The notes: generated from the sequence alone by a model not told the origin. A stretch of DNA of 64,000 nt from an uncultured Gammaproteobacteria bacterium (GCA_902628335.1 CACOMO010000001.1:109313-173312); one strand, 5' to 3'; positions 27,851-37,932 are shown, counted from the stretch's first letter. Program-made: numbers and translations.

Positions 27851-29527
27851 TTACGATTTCATATGGTGTTTAACATCTACCGGTTTAATTAAATAATTAG
27901 CCACTAAAGCTATGGCTAGAAGAAAAGCCATTAAGAACATAGTTGAGTTATACAGGGTACTTGTAGGATCAGCTGTCCCCTCAGGAGCAATAGACATTAG
28001 TTTTGGTATTGTGACTGTCTTAGTTAATATGAGCTGGGAAATATTCTCTATGCCATCTCCAAATAAATCTTTGAATCTCTGGGGATCTACTTTTTGTGAG
28101 AGGTCTATAATCGCGCTTTCAATTGAGTTGGACCTTAAAGTAGTAATCGCCAAAGGTCCGATCACACCAGCAGTGCTCCATGCAGTTAATAACCTTCCAT
28201 GTATGCCACCCACATATTTAGTTCCAAAGATATCTGCAAGGTATGCAGGTATCGTCGCAAAACCACCACCATACATTGTAAAAATAATCATTGTTGCTGC
28301 ATAAAAATAAATTAACAACACAACGCTCGGATTTATGCTCATCTCTGATGCAGCAAATGGAATCGATGTATAGAGTAATATACCTAAGATAAAAAATATG
28401 TAATAAGTATTTTTTCTACCAATATAGTCAGATGTACTTGCCCAAAAAAATCTTCCAACCATATTGAAAGCACTTATCATCAAAACATAAGTTGCAGCAA
28501 ATGATGCATTTACTATTGTCGGTAAAGCAGTACTGAAGATGTCGCTCATCATTGTTTTCGCAACTCCAAGAACTCCTATTCCTGCGGTTACATTGAAACA
28601 CAATACAATCCATAAAAAATAAAATTGAGGTGTTTTCAAGGCTTGATCTATGTGAACATTCTCCGATGTTACAGGCGATGAATTATTTTTTCTTTTACTT
28701 TCATCCCATCCTTCTGGCTTCCAATTCTCAACTGGTATTCGATATCCAAACGATGCAATCGCCATAATTATGAAATACCCAATCCCCAGGGTCACAAAGG
28801 TCTTACCTGCACCTGTGTCACCAGTCCCAACAATATATGCTCCTGCAGAATAGTCAGAGTTTTTTGCCTCAGAGGCAGTCACAATAACGACTTCTGTTAG
28901 AACCCCATTTATGTCAGCGAATCTTACACCATCTATTGTTTTTAGGATAAGATCACTTGTGCTACCAAGATATACGGGTGCGACATGGAATAAATCAAGT
29001 AAATATGAAATTAGTGGCGCTCCGATCATTGCTCCTCCGCCGAAACCCATTATAGCCATCCCAGTTGCCATCCCTCTTCTATCAGGGAACCACCTGATTA
29101 ATGTTGAGACAGGGGATACATAGCCTAAGCCGAGCCCACAACCACCAAGCACGCCGTATCCTAAATAGACTAAGCTTAGCTCGTGAAAAAATATACCAAT
29201 ACTTCCAACTAGGAATCCGCCACCCCATAGACATGCGGCTGTAAAACCAACCAACCTTGGTCCAACCTCCTCTAACCATTTTCCTGCAAATGCGGCAGCC
29301 AAACCCAAAAAAATTATTGCAGTTGAAAAAATCCAAACAACATCACCCAAAGTCCAGTCACCTGCAGAACTAGATGCAACACCGAGAATTTTTGTCAGTG
29401 CTGGGTTAAACATACTCCAAGCATAAACAGATCCTATACATAGGTGAATGGATATCGAAATTGGTGGCACTAACCAGCGATTAAAATCATCGCCCGCTGT
29501 AATGTTAGCTTTAGAAAAAGTACTCAA
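27851..29527 (-). CDS. MFS transporter, oxalate/formate antiporter (OFA)-like, with large extra loops
   Basis: 558 aa. Has an OFA-type N-terminus (RWLVPPISISIHLCIGSVYAWSMF) and the FPDRRGMATG loop. It carries two long soluble inserts (about 55 and about 70 aa) beyond a standard 12-TM MFS. Confidence 0.82.
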   Translation of the reverse strand: MSTFSKANITAGDDFNRWLVPPISISIHLCIGSVYAWSMFNPALTKILGVASSSAGDWTLGDVVWIFSTAIIFLGLAAAFAGKWLEEVGPRLVGFTAACLWGGGFLVGSIGIFFHELSLVYLGYGVLGGCGLGLGYVSPVSTLIRWFPDRRGMATGMAIMGFGGGAMIGAPLISYLLDLFHVAPVYLGSTSDLILKTIDGVRFADINGVLTEVVIVTASEAKNSDYSAGAYIVGTGDTGAGKTFVTLGIGYFIIMAIASFGYRIPVENWKPEGWDESKRKNNSSPVTSENVHIDQALKTPQFYFLWIVLCFNVTAGIGVLGVAKTMMSDIFSTALPTIVNASFAATYVLMISAFNMVGRFFWASTSDYIGRKNTYYIFFILGILLYTSIPFAASEMSINPSVVLLIYFYAATMIIFTMYGGGFATIPAYLADIFGTKYVGGIHGRLLTAWSTAGVIGPLAITTLRSNSIESAIIDLSQKVDPQRFKDLFGDGIENISQLILTKTVTIPKLMSIAPEGTADPTSTLYNSTMFLMAFLLAIALVANYLIKPVDVKHHMKS

Positions 29528-29583
29528 ATTTACCCCTCTTAATAATTATAGCACGAAGCGCTGCTTCATTGTATTGGACTATT

Positions 29584-30129
29584 TTATCTTCTTAATTTCT
29601 CAGACATTTTTAAAAAATCTAAATCACTATACATGTAGGAAACCTCATCAAGCATAGGAACACCGTATTTCTGTTTCCAATCAAAGTGATAAGTCAATAA
29701 TTTTTCATCAGGTTTGATTAAAAACTTCACTGAGTATTTATCATTATTAGGACCAGGCAGCTTAATATTTCTTGCATAATGAAAGCCATCAGTAAGATTG
29801 ATGTGTGGTAATAGCCTAATGATGTTTTTTTTCTTTGTTCTAAGGTTAATTATATGAGCTGAAACATCAAGATAAGGAATGTGTGATCCTGGCAGTTGCC
29901 CCTCAATATTAATCTTGTTACTCCAAGTAATTAACGCCTCAATGTGAATATCTGTTTCTGATTCCTTTAAATTTTCAACCGATGGATGAGAGTAAACCTG
30001 ATCTTTAGGAGCTGCTTCAAAGATGATTTGGTAGTCACCATAGCTCTCCTCTCCTATAATCATCTCTTCGGCACTCAGATTCATCGAGGTAAAAATCAGT
30101 GGTAAAATAAAAATGTAAGATAATTTCAT
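29584..30129 (-). CDS. Periplasmic P19/FetP/FtrA-family iron(copper)-binding protein
   Basis: Has a signal peptide (MKLSYIFILPLIFTSMNLSA) and the segments DIHIEALI, GSHIPYLDVSAHI and TDGFHYARNIKL, which resemble the P19/FetP metal site. The start is trimmed to M8 (30129). Confidence 0.72.
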   Translation of the reverse strand: MKLSYIFILPLIFTSMNLSAEEMIIGEESYGDYQIIFEAAPKDQVYSHPSVENLKESETDIHIEALITWSNKINIEGQLPGSHIPYLDVSAHIINLRTKKKNIIRLLPHINLTDGFHYARNIKLPGPNNDKYSVKFLIKPDEKLLTYHFDWKQKYGVPMLDEVSYMYSDLDFLKMSEKLRR

Positions 30130-30224
30130 AACATGCATCCCTAACTCCATTTAGTTACTTGTGACAATATTTCATAATTATTTTCTGATATTTTTGTGAA
30201 TGATTCAATATATATAATTAAATC

Positions 30225-33023
30225 CTATCCTGTATTTCTCATGCCAATTGCAATAGCATGTATAGTCCTCAATAACATATCAAAACTTTTTTTATTATCA
30301 GCTGTGGATTCTCTATGTTTTTTTATCAACATAACTTGTATGTAATTAAGAGGATCAAGATATGGCTTCCTTCTATTCAGCGATAGCGAGAGTTTTTTAT
30401 TATCAGCAAGCAGTTCTTCTGAATTCATTACCTCTAAAAGCATTGTTACTGTCAATTCATATTCTTTCTCAATATCATCAATGATACTAGCTGCAGTAGT
30501 TTTATTCTGAACCAATTGCGCATAATCTCTTGCAATACTAAGATCTGCTTTAGAAAGTGCCATTTGAATATTTTCTAACAAAACTCTAAAAAAGGGCCAT
30601 TTTGTGTACATATCTTTGAGCGTATCTAATCTGTCTTTTGAATCTCCCGAAGAATTCCTTAATGCAGTTCCTAGACCATACCACGCAGGGAGTGTGTGCC
30701 TAGAGAGAGACCAACCAAATACCCAAGGGATAGCTCTGATTGAGTATTTAGATCTCTCTGTCATTTTTCTATGTGTTGGTCTAGAGCCAATATTCAGTTC
30801 CCCAAGTTCTTTAACCGGTGTTGCCTCATAGAAATAATCCATGATCCCTTCTTTATCATCTGTGAGGTCTCTGTACTTTCTCTCTCCAGCGTGTGACATT
30901 TCTTTCATAATTTCCTCGAAATTATTATCATCTCGAGTTTCATCCACAATAAGGTGTCGACTAGCTTTTATTAGTCCGCCTACAGCTAGCTCTAGTTCGT
31001 ATGATGCTGACTGCGGTACAGCATATTTATATGACAGAACCTCACCTTGTTCGGTTATTTTAATCATTCCATTTACTGTTTTCTCAGGTTGGGCCATGAT
31101 GGCATTATGAGTTGGTCCTCCACCTCTACCAACGGTCCCTCCTCTTCCATGGAAAAGCTGACATTCAACATCATATTTATTCGATATATTTAACACCTCT
31201 TGCTGAGCCTTATATAAACTCCAAGATGAAGATAAAATACCACCATCCTTACATGAGTCAGAATAACCAAGCATGACCTCTTGGAATTTCCTCCCATCAA
31301 TTGATATGAGGTTGTTGTAGGATTTATTACTGAATAAAGAGTCCAATATTTCCTCAATTTTTGAGAGATCTTCAATAGTCTCAAATAAAGGCGTGATTTT
31401 AATAAATGATTTTAGCGTATTCTTTTTATTATCAACTAACCCGACTAATTTAGCTAGCACGAGGACTTCTAAAACATGGCTAGCATGATGCGTCATTGAG
31501 ATTATATAGTTACCAAGTGCACTAGTGCTAATTTTCTCTCGTAATATCTTTACTGTAGAAAAAACATCAATGACTTTTTTCGAATCAGTATCTAGTTTAT
31601 CGTACAATGATTTTGTGTCGATATCCGACTTTAGTAAAGACTCAAGACCAACAATGCGGTCTTGCTCAGTGAGCTCATTATAACTGTCCTTGCCTAGTAT
31701 TTTGAAAATTTCAGCGATGGTATCTGTGTGCTTAGTTGACTCTTCTCTAATATCTAAACTAACTAGATGTAAACCAAATGTTTCAACTAACCTGATAAAA
31801 TCATTAAGACCATAATCAAGTAAAATTTGATCGTGATCTGAAATCAGAGAATCTCGAACAAGATATAAGTCATTTAATAAATCTTTCTCAGATATATATG
31901 CATCTTTCACTTCTTTATCGATATTATTTTTGTAATTAGAGATTACTTTTAATTTTTGTTGTAGCCTATATCTAATAATTTTTAGTTTTCTTCTATAAGG
32001 CTCTTTTGCAAAATCTTGTGTTGAATCTCTTAGAGCTCCCGGTAGATATTGTTCATCATCTTGTAATGATTTTTCAAATTCTTTAGAGGGTTTTGTTAAT
32101 TGAATTGAATGTGTGAGAAGAGTTGAGAGCTTTTGAGCCCTTCTCACATATTCATGTAAAGCTGTTTCCGCATGCATACATACTGACTCTCTTGTAATAT
32201 CAGGCGTTACAAAAGGATTTCCATCTCTGTCACCACCAATCCAAGAACCAAACTTGATGAATGATGGAACTTTTACTGCTTCCGTATGATAAATTCTTTT
32301 TACAGCCTTTTCTAAATCTTTGTAAACTTCTGGAATAGCTTTAAATAGCGATGTTCGAAAATAATATAGACCATTCTCTACCTCATCAATGACGGTAGGT
32401 TTTTTTAATCTTACTTCATCCGTTCTCCATAAAATTAATATTTGCGCTTGAAGTTTATCAATAATTTCATCTCTAGCAATAGAGCTACCTTTATAGTTTT
32501 GAAGTTCTAATATGCTATTAAAAATTCTCCTCATTGCCTCCATTTTACTTCTTCTTTTCGCTTCAGTAGGATGTGCTGTGAAGACTGGCGAATAGTGCAG
32601 TGAATCAAAGAGTTGCTGTAATTTATTAACATCGATATCAGAATCTTTAAATTCCCTGATAGTTTGATCAAAAGAACCCTCCCAAGACTCGAATCCTCTT
32701 TTTAATCTATCTAGTCTGTGGATATGCAGGTATGCCTCTTCCGCCACGTTGACAAGCGCAAAATATTTAGAGAATGATCTAATGACATTAGTCAGTGTTG
32801 TATCATCAAGCTTCTCGATGTACCTTATTAGTTGATCATGTTTCGTCTTATCATTATCACTGTGTAGTTTGATAAATCCTCTTCTAAGTTTCTCGACTGC
32901 AATATATACATTACTACCAGCATGAGTTCTGATAATATTCCCAAGAAGTTTTCCTAAAAGCTTTACGGTTGATCGGAGTTGTGCGTCGCTGATTACATCA
33001 AAAGTCTTTAAAAACTGACTCAT
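30225..33023 (-). CDS. ppc: Phosphoenolpyruvate carboxylase
   Basis: 932 aa with VFTAHPTE, GYSDSCKDGG, FHGRGGTVGRGGGP and the C-terminal GMRNTG. Confidence 0.97.
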   Translation of the reverse strand: MSQFLKTFDVISDAQLRSTVKLLGKLLGNIIRTHAGSNVYIAVEKLRRGFIKLHSDNDKTKHDQLIRYIEKLDDTTLTNVIRSFSKYFALVNVAEEAYLHIHRLDRLKRGFESWEGSFDQTIREFKDSDIDVNKLQQLFDSLHYSPVFTAHPTEAKRRSKMEAMRRIFNSILELQNYKGSSIARDEIIDKLQAQILILWRTDEVRLKKPTVIDEVENGLYYFRTSLFKAIPEVYKDLEKAVKRIYHTEAVKVPSFIKFGSWIGGDRDGNPFVTPDITRESVCMHAETALHEYVRRAQKLSTLLTHSIQLTKPSKEFEKSLQDDEQYLPGALRDSTQDFAKEPYRRKLKIIRYRLQQKLKVISNYKNNIDKEVKDAYISEKDLLNDLYLVRDSLISDHDQILLDYGLNDFIRLVETFGLHLVSLDIREESTKHTDTIAEIFKILGKDSYNELTEQDRIVGLESLLKSDIDTKSLYDKLDTDSKKVIDVFSTVKILREKISTSALGNYIISMTHHASHVLEVLVLAKLVGLVDNKKNTLKSFIKITPLFETIEDLSKIEEILDSLFSNKSYNNLISIDGRKFQEVMLGYSDSCKDGGILSSSWSLYKAQQEVLNISNKYDVECQLFHGRGGTVGRGGGPTHNAIMAQPEKTVNGMIKITEQGEVLSYKYAVPQSASYELELAVGGLIKASRHLIVDETRDDNNFEEIMKEMSHAGERKYRDLTDDKEGIMDYFYEATPVKELGELNIGSRPTHRKMTERSKYSIRAIPWVFGWSLSRHTLPAWYGLGTALRNSSGDSKDRLDTLKDMYTKWPFFRVLLENIQMALSKADLSIARDYAQLVQNKTTAASIIDDIEKEYELTVTMLLEVMNSEELLADNKKLSLSLNRRKPYLDPLNYIQVMLIKKHRESTADNKKSFDMLLRTIHAIAIGMRNTG

Positions 33024-33198
33024 ATTGTATTAATGTTACCCTCTATGATTTAGCACTCACAATACCTCTAAAAAACTATATGTACAAGCTTGACAAATCA
33101 TTATTTAGTTAAATTTTGTAAAAAAATATACTGTGCGTAATGATTAAAATCAGTGCATATTTGCTACACTGTGATTAGTTGTTAAATAAGGATGGAAT

Positions 33199-33501
33199 AT
33201 GTCAAAAGAAGAATATGAAGAACTGATTAGGCAATGGCACAAAGACAGAAATCTAATAGAAGGGAGCACTGATAAAGATCAATATTTAAAGCTCATTCAA
33301 GAAGCAGGTGAGTTATCAGACAGCTTGTGCAAAGGGAAAGATATACGTGATGATGTTGGTGATATGTTAGTAGTGTTGATAAATATCTTAACGAGAAATA
33401 AGTTAACACTATCTGAGTGTCTTGCTGTAGCTTACGATGATATTAAAGATCGTAAAGGTAAAATGGTAGATGGAGTATTTATCAAAGAGGGTGATAGTTA
33501 A
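33199..33501 (+). CDS. MazG-like all-alpha nucleotide pyrophosphohydrolase domain protein
   Basis: 100 aa. The pattern LIQEAGELSD...DDVGDMLVVLINI is the E-x2-E...D-x2-D MazG-type pattern. Preceded by an SD (AAGGA). Confidence 0.65.
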   Translation: MSKEEYEELIRQWHKDRNLIEGSTDKDQYLKLIQEAGELSDSLCKGKDIRDDVGDMLVVLINILTRNKLTLSECLAVAYDDIKDRKGKMVDGVFIKEGDS

Positions 33502-33505
33502 ATTC

Positions 33506-33579
33506 TGGTCATGGGTGGACTTGAACCACCGACCGCAGCGTTATGAGTGCTGTGCTCTAACCAACTGAGCTACATGACC
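33506..33579 (-). tRNA. tRNA-Met (anticodon CAU), elongator-like
   Basis: The reverse complement folds as GGTCATG TA GCTC AGTTGGTTA GAGC A CAGCA CTCATAA CGCTG CGGTC GGTGG TTCAAGT CCACC CATGACC A. G1-C72 is paired, and the D-arm and anticodon loop resemble E. coli elongator tRNA-Met. tRNA-Ile2 (lysidine) cannot be excluded. Confidence 0.85.
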
Positions 33580-33584
33580 ATGTT

Positions 33585-34652
33585 TTAAACATTAAACCTA
33601 AAATATATCACATCTCCTTCTTCTACAAGATAATCTTTCCCTTCTTGTCTCCATACACCATTGTTCTTTGATCCCTGCTCTCCATTAAATTTAATGTAAT
33701 CATCGTATGCTATTGTCTCAGCCCTTATAAATCCTTTTTGTATATCAGAATGTATGATGCCTGAACACTGGGAAGCGTTATATGTTTTTCTTGCTGCCCA
33801 CGCTCTGCTCTCCTTCTCACCAGAAGTAAAAAAAGTTTTCAAATCAAGCAGTTCATAACCTGTTTTTATTATCCTCTCAAGTGCTGTTTCCTGCATACCT
33901 AAATCTTGAAGAAATATTTGCTGTTCTTCTAGATTTAAACCAGCGATCTCTTGCTCTATGATTGCGTTTATAGGTACCATATTATCTATTTGGTTATCAA
34001 GTTTAAATTTATTAGCTCTCTCAATATTCTCATCTATATTTGCAATTACGAACATAGGTTTTTTAGTAAGGAGTTTTAGATCTGTTAGATTGTTGAGAAT
34101 TTCTGTGTAATCAAATTGTCGAGCAGGTTTTTCTTCGGATAGATGTTGAATTAAACTATCTAAGTCTTTAATTAATTCTAATTTGTTATTAAGTGGTCTC
34201 TTTGATTTTTTCAAATTATCGGAGTATTTTTGCGTCACAGATAAATCAGATAGAATTAATTCTAAATTTATATCTTGAAAATCAGATTCTGGATTTGGTG
34301 ACCCGTTCACGTGTATAACGTCATCATCTCTAAAAAATCTAACAACATGAGCAATGACATCTGTCTGTTTTATATGAGTTAAGAATTCATTTCCCAATCC
34401 TTCTCCAGTTGAAGCTCCCTTGATTAGACCTGCTATATCAACAAATTCAATTGCCGCATTTATAATTTTTTTTGATTTATTAATTGCTGCTAGCTTAGCA
34501 AGCCGAGAATCAGGCACCTCAACAAAAGCGTTATTTGGATCAATCGTACAGAAAGGATAATTATCAGCTGATATACTTTGTTTAGTAAGTAAATTAAATA
34601 TAGATGACTTACCTACATTAGGCATTCCTACTAAGCCACACTTGAAGCTCAT
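33585..34652 (-). CDS. ychF: Ribosome-binding ATPase YchF
   Basis: 355 aa with P-loop GLVGMPNVGKSS and a TGS-like C-terminus. Confidence 0.95.
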   Translation of the reverse strand: MSFKCGLVGMPNVGKSSIFNLLTKQSISADNYPFCTIDPNNAFVEVPDSRLAKLAAINKSKKIINAAIEFVDIAGLIKGASTGEGLGNEFLTHIKQTDVIAHVVRFFRDDDVIHVNGSPNPESDFQDINLELILSDLSVTQKYSDNLKKSKRPLNNKLELIKDLDSLIQHLSEEKPARQFDYTEILNNLTDLKLLTKKPMFVIANIDENIERANKFKLDNQIDNMVPINAIIEQEIAGLNLEEQQIFLQDLGMQETALERIIKTGYELLDLKTFFTSGEKESRAWAARKTYNASQCSGIIHSDIQKGFIRAETIAYDDYIKFNGEQGSKNNGVWRQEGKDYLVEEGDVIYFRFNV

Positions 34653-34655
34653 AGA

Positions 34656-35237
34656 TTACTTACCATTATTTTGATTCATTAGTTTTGAAAAGTTACCACT
34701 TAATAGGTCATTTTTTTCTGATATTAATTTCAAAATAGATGTGTCTATCTTATCTCTATCATCTTGAGAGGGCTTACCTAGTACGTAACTAACTGTTTGT
34801 TCTCTATCTTGTGGCTTACCTATGCCGACTCTTAATCTCCAAAAATCTCTCGATCCTATTTTTTCTATGATACTATTTAATCCATTATGTCCGCCGCTTC
34901 CTCCTGCAAATTTGATCCTAATTTGACCAACTTGTAAATCTAAATCATCATAAGCGATTAAAATATTATCTGGTCCTATATTCTTATTCTTTATATATTT
35001 TTGTAAAGGATTACCGCTGTCGTTTATATAAGTTAATGGTTTCATTATAAAAATCTTGCTTGTATTAGTATCGATTTCAGATATCTCCGAATCAAATTTT
35101 TTTGTAAAAATAAAATCTTTATCGAAGCTACTAGATAACTGATCAGCAAACCAAAAACCTACATTATGTCTCGTGTTTAGTAAATGATTATCTGGATTTC
35201 CTAGACCAACGATTAATTTAAGATTACATTGAGTCAT
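34656..35237 (-). CDS. pth: Peptidyl-tRNA hydrolase
   Basis: 193 aa with LIVGLGNP...TRHNVGF and GGHNGLNS motifs. Confidence 0.95.
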   Translation of the reverse strand: MTQCNLKLIVGLGNPDNHLLNTRHNVGFWFADQLSSSFDKDFIFTKKFDSEISEIDTNTSKIFIMKPLTYINDSGNPLQKYIKNKNIGPDNILIAYDDLDLQVGQIRIKFAGGSGGHNGLNSIIEKIGSRDFWRLRVGIGKPQDREQTVSYVLGKPSQDDRDKIDTSILKLISEKNDLLSGNFSKLMNQNNGK

Positions 35238-35258
35238 GATTGAGTTAATTTTTAGACT

Positions 35259-35951
35259 TTATTCCTTGCTTTCTTTCTCGTCCTTAACTTCTTTAGATTT
35301 ATCATCATCAGACTCTTTTGCAGCCACTTCAGTTGCTTCTTCCGTTTGCTCAACCTCATCTTCGATGACTTCTTCAACAGGTTTGTAACATTTGACGATC
35401 GCGGTATCGTGCTCTTTATCTTCACCCCCGTGAACAAAATCCACACCCTCTGGTAATTTCACATCAGTGATGTGAAGACTTTGATTTATATCTAAGTTGG
35501 CGACATCTACCTCTAAACTCTCTGGGATATCCCCTGGTAGACAGGAAACCTCTATTTCAGTAATTATATGCGAAATAATACCTCCAGATATCTTTATTCC
35601 AATACAAGACTCCTCATTAATAAATTTGACAGGAACGTTGACCGCAATTTTTTTGTTCTTATCTACTGCAAGAAAGTCAATATGAGTAATATTGGATTTC
35701 TGTGGATCTCTCTGGACATCTTTGAGAATAACCTCAATATTTTTTTTATCGATAACTATATCAATAACATTGCTGTAAAATTGAGGGTCACTGCTTTGCT
35801 TAGTTAATTCAAAACTGTTAATCAGTATGGATTGGTTGTTTTTTTCACCGTATACTTCCGCTGGAATTAAATTATCCTTACGATATCTCTTGGCAGCTCT
35901 TTTGCCAAGATTCTCTCTTATTGTCGCATTTAAATTAAATTGTGATGCCAT
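35259..35951 (-). CDS. rplY: 50S ribosomal protein L25 / general stress protein Ctc (long form)
   Basis: 230 aa with the L25/Ctc N- and C-domains and an acidic/Lys-rich tail. Conserved prs-rplY-pth-ychF order. Confidence 0.9.
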   Translation of the reverse strand: MASQFNLNATIRENLGKRAAKRYRKDNLIPAEVYGEKNNQSILINSFELTKQSSDPQFYSNVIDIVIDKKNIEVILKDVQRDPQKSNITHIDFLAVDKNKKIAVNVPVKFINEESCIGIKISGGIISHIITEIEVSCLPGDIPESLEVDVANLDINQSLHITDVKLPEGVDFVHGGEDKEHDTAIVKCYKPVEEVIEDEVEQTEEATEVAAKESDDDKSKEVKDEKESKE

Positions 35952-35982
35952 ATATTACTCTCTTAAAGAAGTTGATTATACA

Positions 35983-36936
35983 CTAATCCATAAAGAGTGT
36001 ACTAACAGATTCTTTATTATGTATCCTTCTTATTGTCTCAGCGAGCATCTCTGATACTGTAATCTGTCTAATTTGGTTAACCTCTTTTGCAGACCCGTTT
36101 AAAGGTATGGTATCAGTGACGATTATCTCGTCCAACATAGACTTTTTAATGTTATCGTAAGCTTTGCCTGAAAAAACAGGGTGGGTTATGTAAGAATATA
36201 CTGCTTCTGCGCCCCTCTCTTTTAGCGCTTTGGCTGCACCACAAAGAGTTCCCGCTGTATCTACGATGTCATCAACCATTATACAGGTGCTGTCTTTGAC
36301 ATCTCCAATGATTTGCATAACTTCGGATACATTTGCCTCAGGTCTTCTTTTATCAACAATAGCCAGCTCACAATTCAACTGTTTTGCTAGCGCCCTTGCA
36401 CGAACAACACCACCAATATCTGGTGAGACAATGACAGGTTTCTTAAATTTCCTTTTGTATATATCAGCCACAAATAAAGGAGTAGCATAAATGTTATCAA
36501 CTGGTATATCAAAAAATCCCTGTATTTGATCGGAATGAAGATCAACTGTGAGTAATCGATCTATGTCCATACTCGCTATCATATTTGCAACAACCTTAGC
36601 TGATATCGGCACACGTGCGGACCTAACTCTTCTATCTTGTCTAGAATATCCAAAATAAGGTATTACTGCAGTTATTCTATCTACAGACGATCTTCTGAGG
36701 GCATCTGACATAATCATTAGCTCCATGAGATTATCATTTGTAGGCTTGCATGTAGGTTGAACTATGAAAATATCCTGTCCCCTTACATTCTCTTGAATCT
36801 CTACAGATATCTCTCCATCACTAAATGTAGTAACACTTGCTTTCCCCACAGTGATGTTCAAGTGCTTAGCGACATCATCGGCTAGTTTTTTATTTGAGTT
36901 ACCGGCAAATATCATCAGTGGCTGTTCATTTTTCAC
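35983..36936 (-). CDS. prs: Ribose-phosphate pyrophosphokinase
   Basis: Contains [23 protein letters not shown] and DDIVDTAGT motifs. The start is re-set to GTG 36936, preceded by AAGGTGA at 5-nt spacing, with ATG 36915 as an alternative. The track start at 37023 reads through tRNA-Gln. Confidence 0.93.
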   Translation of the reverse strand: MKNEQPLMIFAGNSNKKLADDVAKHLNITVGKASVTTFSDGEISVEIQENVRGQDIFIVQPTCKPTNDNLMELMIMSDALRRSSVDRITAVIPYFGYSRQDRRVRSARVPISAKVVANMIASMDIDRLLTVDLHSDQIQGFFDIPVDNIYATPLFVADIYKRKFKKPVIVSPDIGGVVRARALAKQLNCELAIVDKRRPEANVSEVMQIIGDVKDSTCIMVDDIVDTAGTLCGAAKALKERGAEAVYSYITHPVFSGKAYDNIKKSMLDEIIVTDTIPLNGSAKEVNQIRQITVSEMLAETIRRIHNKESVSTLFMD

Positions 36937-36950
36937 AATAATCACCTTCT

Positions 36951-37022
36951 CTGGGGTGGAAGGATTCGAACCTCCGAATGACGGGATCAAAACCCGCTGC
37001 CTTACCGCTTGGCGACACCCCA
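36951..37022 (-). tRNA. tRNA-Gln (anticodon UUG)
   Basis: The reverse complement is TGGGGTG TC GCCAAGCGGTAAGGCA GCGGG TTTTGAT CCCGT CATTC GGAGG TTCGAAT CCTTC CACCCCA G. It is nearly collinear with E. coli tRNA-Gln. Confidence 0.9.
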
Positions 37023-37131
37023 AGATAAATTTGCTTATAATATATCAAGAGTATCTCAGATTTTCTAGGTCCTTCATAACTATTATGTCATCATAACACA
37101 AATCTCATTACCATAATAATAGTTGTGAGAA

Positions 37132-37932
37132 TCAGAGGGAAGATACCAACTTCGTGTCATATTTTTGTGGGAGTTTTTTTAATATCTCTTTTGCTCTTTC
37201 ATAATCATGCTCTGGTAAGAAAATTGTGCCTCCTGTGCCAGTCATGTGAGCTTGTCCAAAATTCGATAAAGTTCTTGCTGCTTTTTTAATACTTGGATAA
37301 TTTTTGAATACATAATATTCAAATGAGTTCGATGTATTTCCATTCAAAAAATCCTCATATGAACAATCGCTACTTTTATCATGAAGTTTTATACTTTGAT
37401 ATATGTCTTTGGTTGAGATAGCGTGTTTACTAAAAATAAGAATAAATGCACAAGATTGTATGTGAATATTTGTTATAATATCACCTTTTCCCTCAACCCA
37501 TGCATTCTGCTGATTAACAAAAAAAGGTACATCACAGCCTAGTTCGGATGCTAATGATAGTAATTTATGTTTTTTCATATCCAGCTTGTACATACTGTTA
37601 ATAGCTCTAAGTGTTGTTGCGGCATTTGAACTTCCTCCTCCTAACCCTGACCCAAGAGGAATCTGTTTTTTTAATTCAATATCTAGACCTATATTCTTTT
37701 TGGGATATTTTTTTTTAATTAATGAAATTGTATCGAACATTATATTCTTCCGCTCTAATTCTCTTATGTTCGATTTTATAAGTATTTTGTCATCTTTTCT
37801 TTTCTTGAAAGAAATACTGTCGGATAAATCTATTAATTGAAACAAACTCTGGATATCATGATATCCATCAGCTCTTTTTTTCAGAACATGGATAAATCTA
37901 TTTACTTTTGCATATGATTTATATTGATTCAT
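37132..37932 (-). CDS. ispE: 4-diphosphocytidyl-2-C-methyl-D-erythritol kinase
   Basis: Contains AKVNRFIHVLKKRADGYHDIQS and the GHMP motif PLGSGLGGGSSNAA. The start is trimmed to M15 (37932), overlapping the upstream gene by 14 nt. Confidence 0.9.
   Translation of the reverse strand: MNQYKSYAKVNRFIHVLKKRADGYHDIQSLFQLIDLSDSISFKKRKDDKILIKSNIRELERKNIMFDTISLIKKKYPKKNIGLDIELKKQIPLGSGLGGGSSNAATTLRAINSMYKLDMKKHKLLSLASELGCDVPFFVNQQNAWVEGKGDIITNIHIQSCAFILIFSKHAISTKDIYQSIKLHDKSSDCSYEDFLNGNTSNSFEYYVFKNYPSIKKAARTLSNFGQAHMTGTGGTIFLPEHDYERAKEILKKLPQKYDTKLVSSL

Noticed and set aside
27912-28304. A 130-aa plus-strand ORF antisense to the MFS transporter. Similar long antisense ORFs lie at 39034-39387, 43852-44175, 45523-45870, 46141-46461 and 46254-46502.
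   Set aside because: Each lies entirely inside a well-supported gene with clear family motifs. They occur in the locally GC-richer genes, where stop codons are rarer by chance. Their translations are low-complexity and show no recognisable motifs.
30130-30224. A possible Fur box upstream of the P19-like gene (for example ATATTTCATAATTATTTTC or TGACAATATTTCATA).
   Set aside because: The best by-eye match is only about 11 of 19 to the consensus, with no clear dyad symmetry. In DNA this AT-rich, such matches are expected by chance.
33024-33198. Promoter calls in the ppc / MazG-like divergent region (TTGACA at 33090-33095, TATACT at 33127-33132).
   Set aside because: The two hexamers are not at a compatible 16-19 nt spacing with any good partner element. 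They cannot be assigned to a strand or gene with confidence.
33199-33579. A MazG-like gene next to tRNA-Met, considered as a remnant of a phage or island integrated at a tRNA.
   Set aside because: No integrase, excisionase, other phage genes or visible direct repeat of the tRNA 3' end is present. The flanks are core genes (ppc, ychF). A whole-genome repeat search could not be run.
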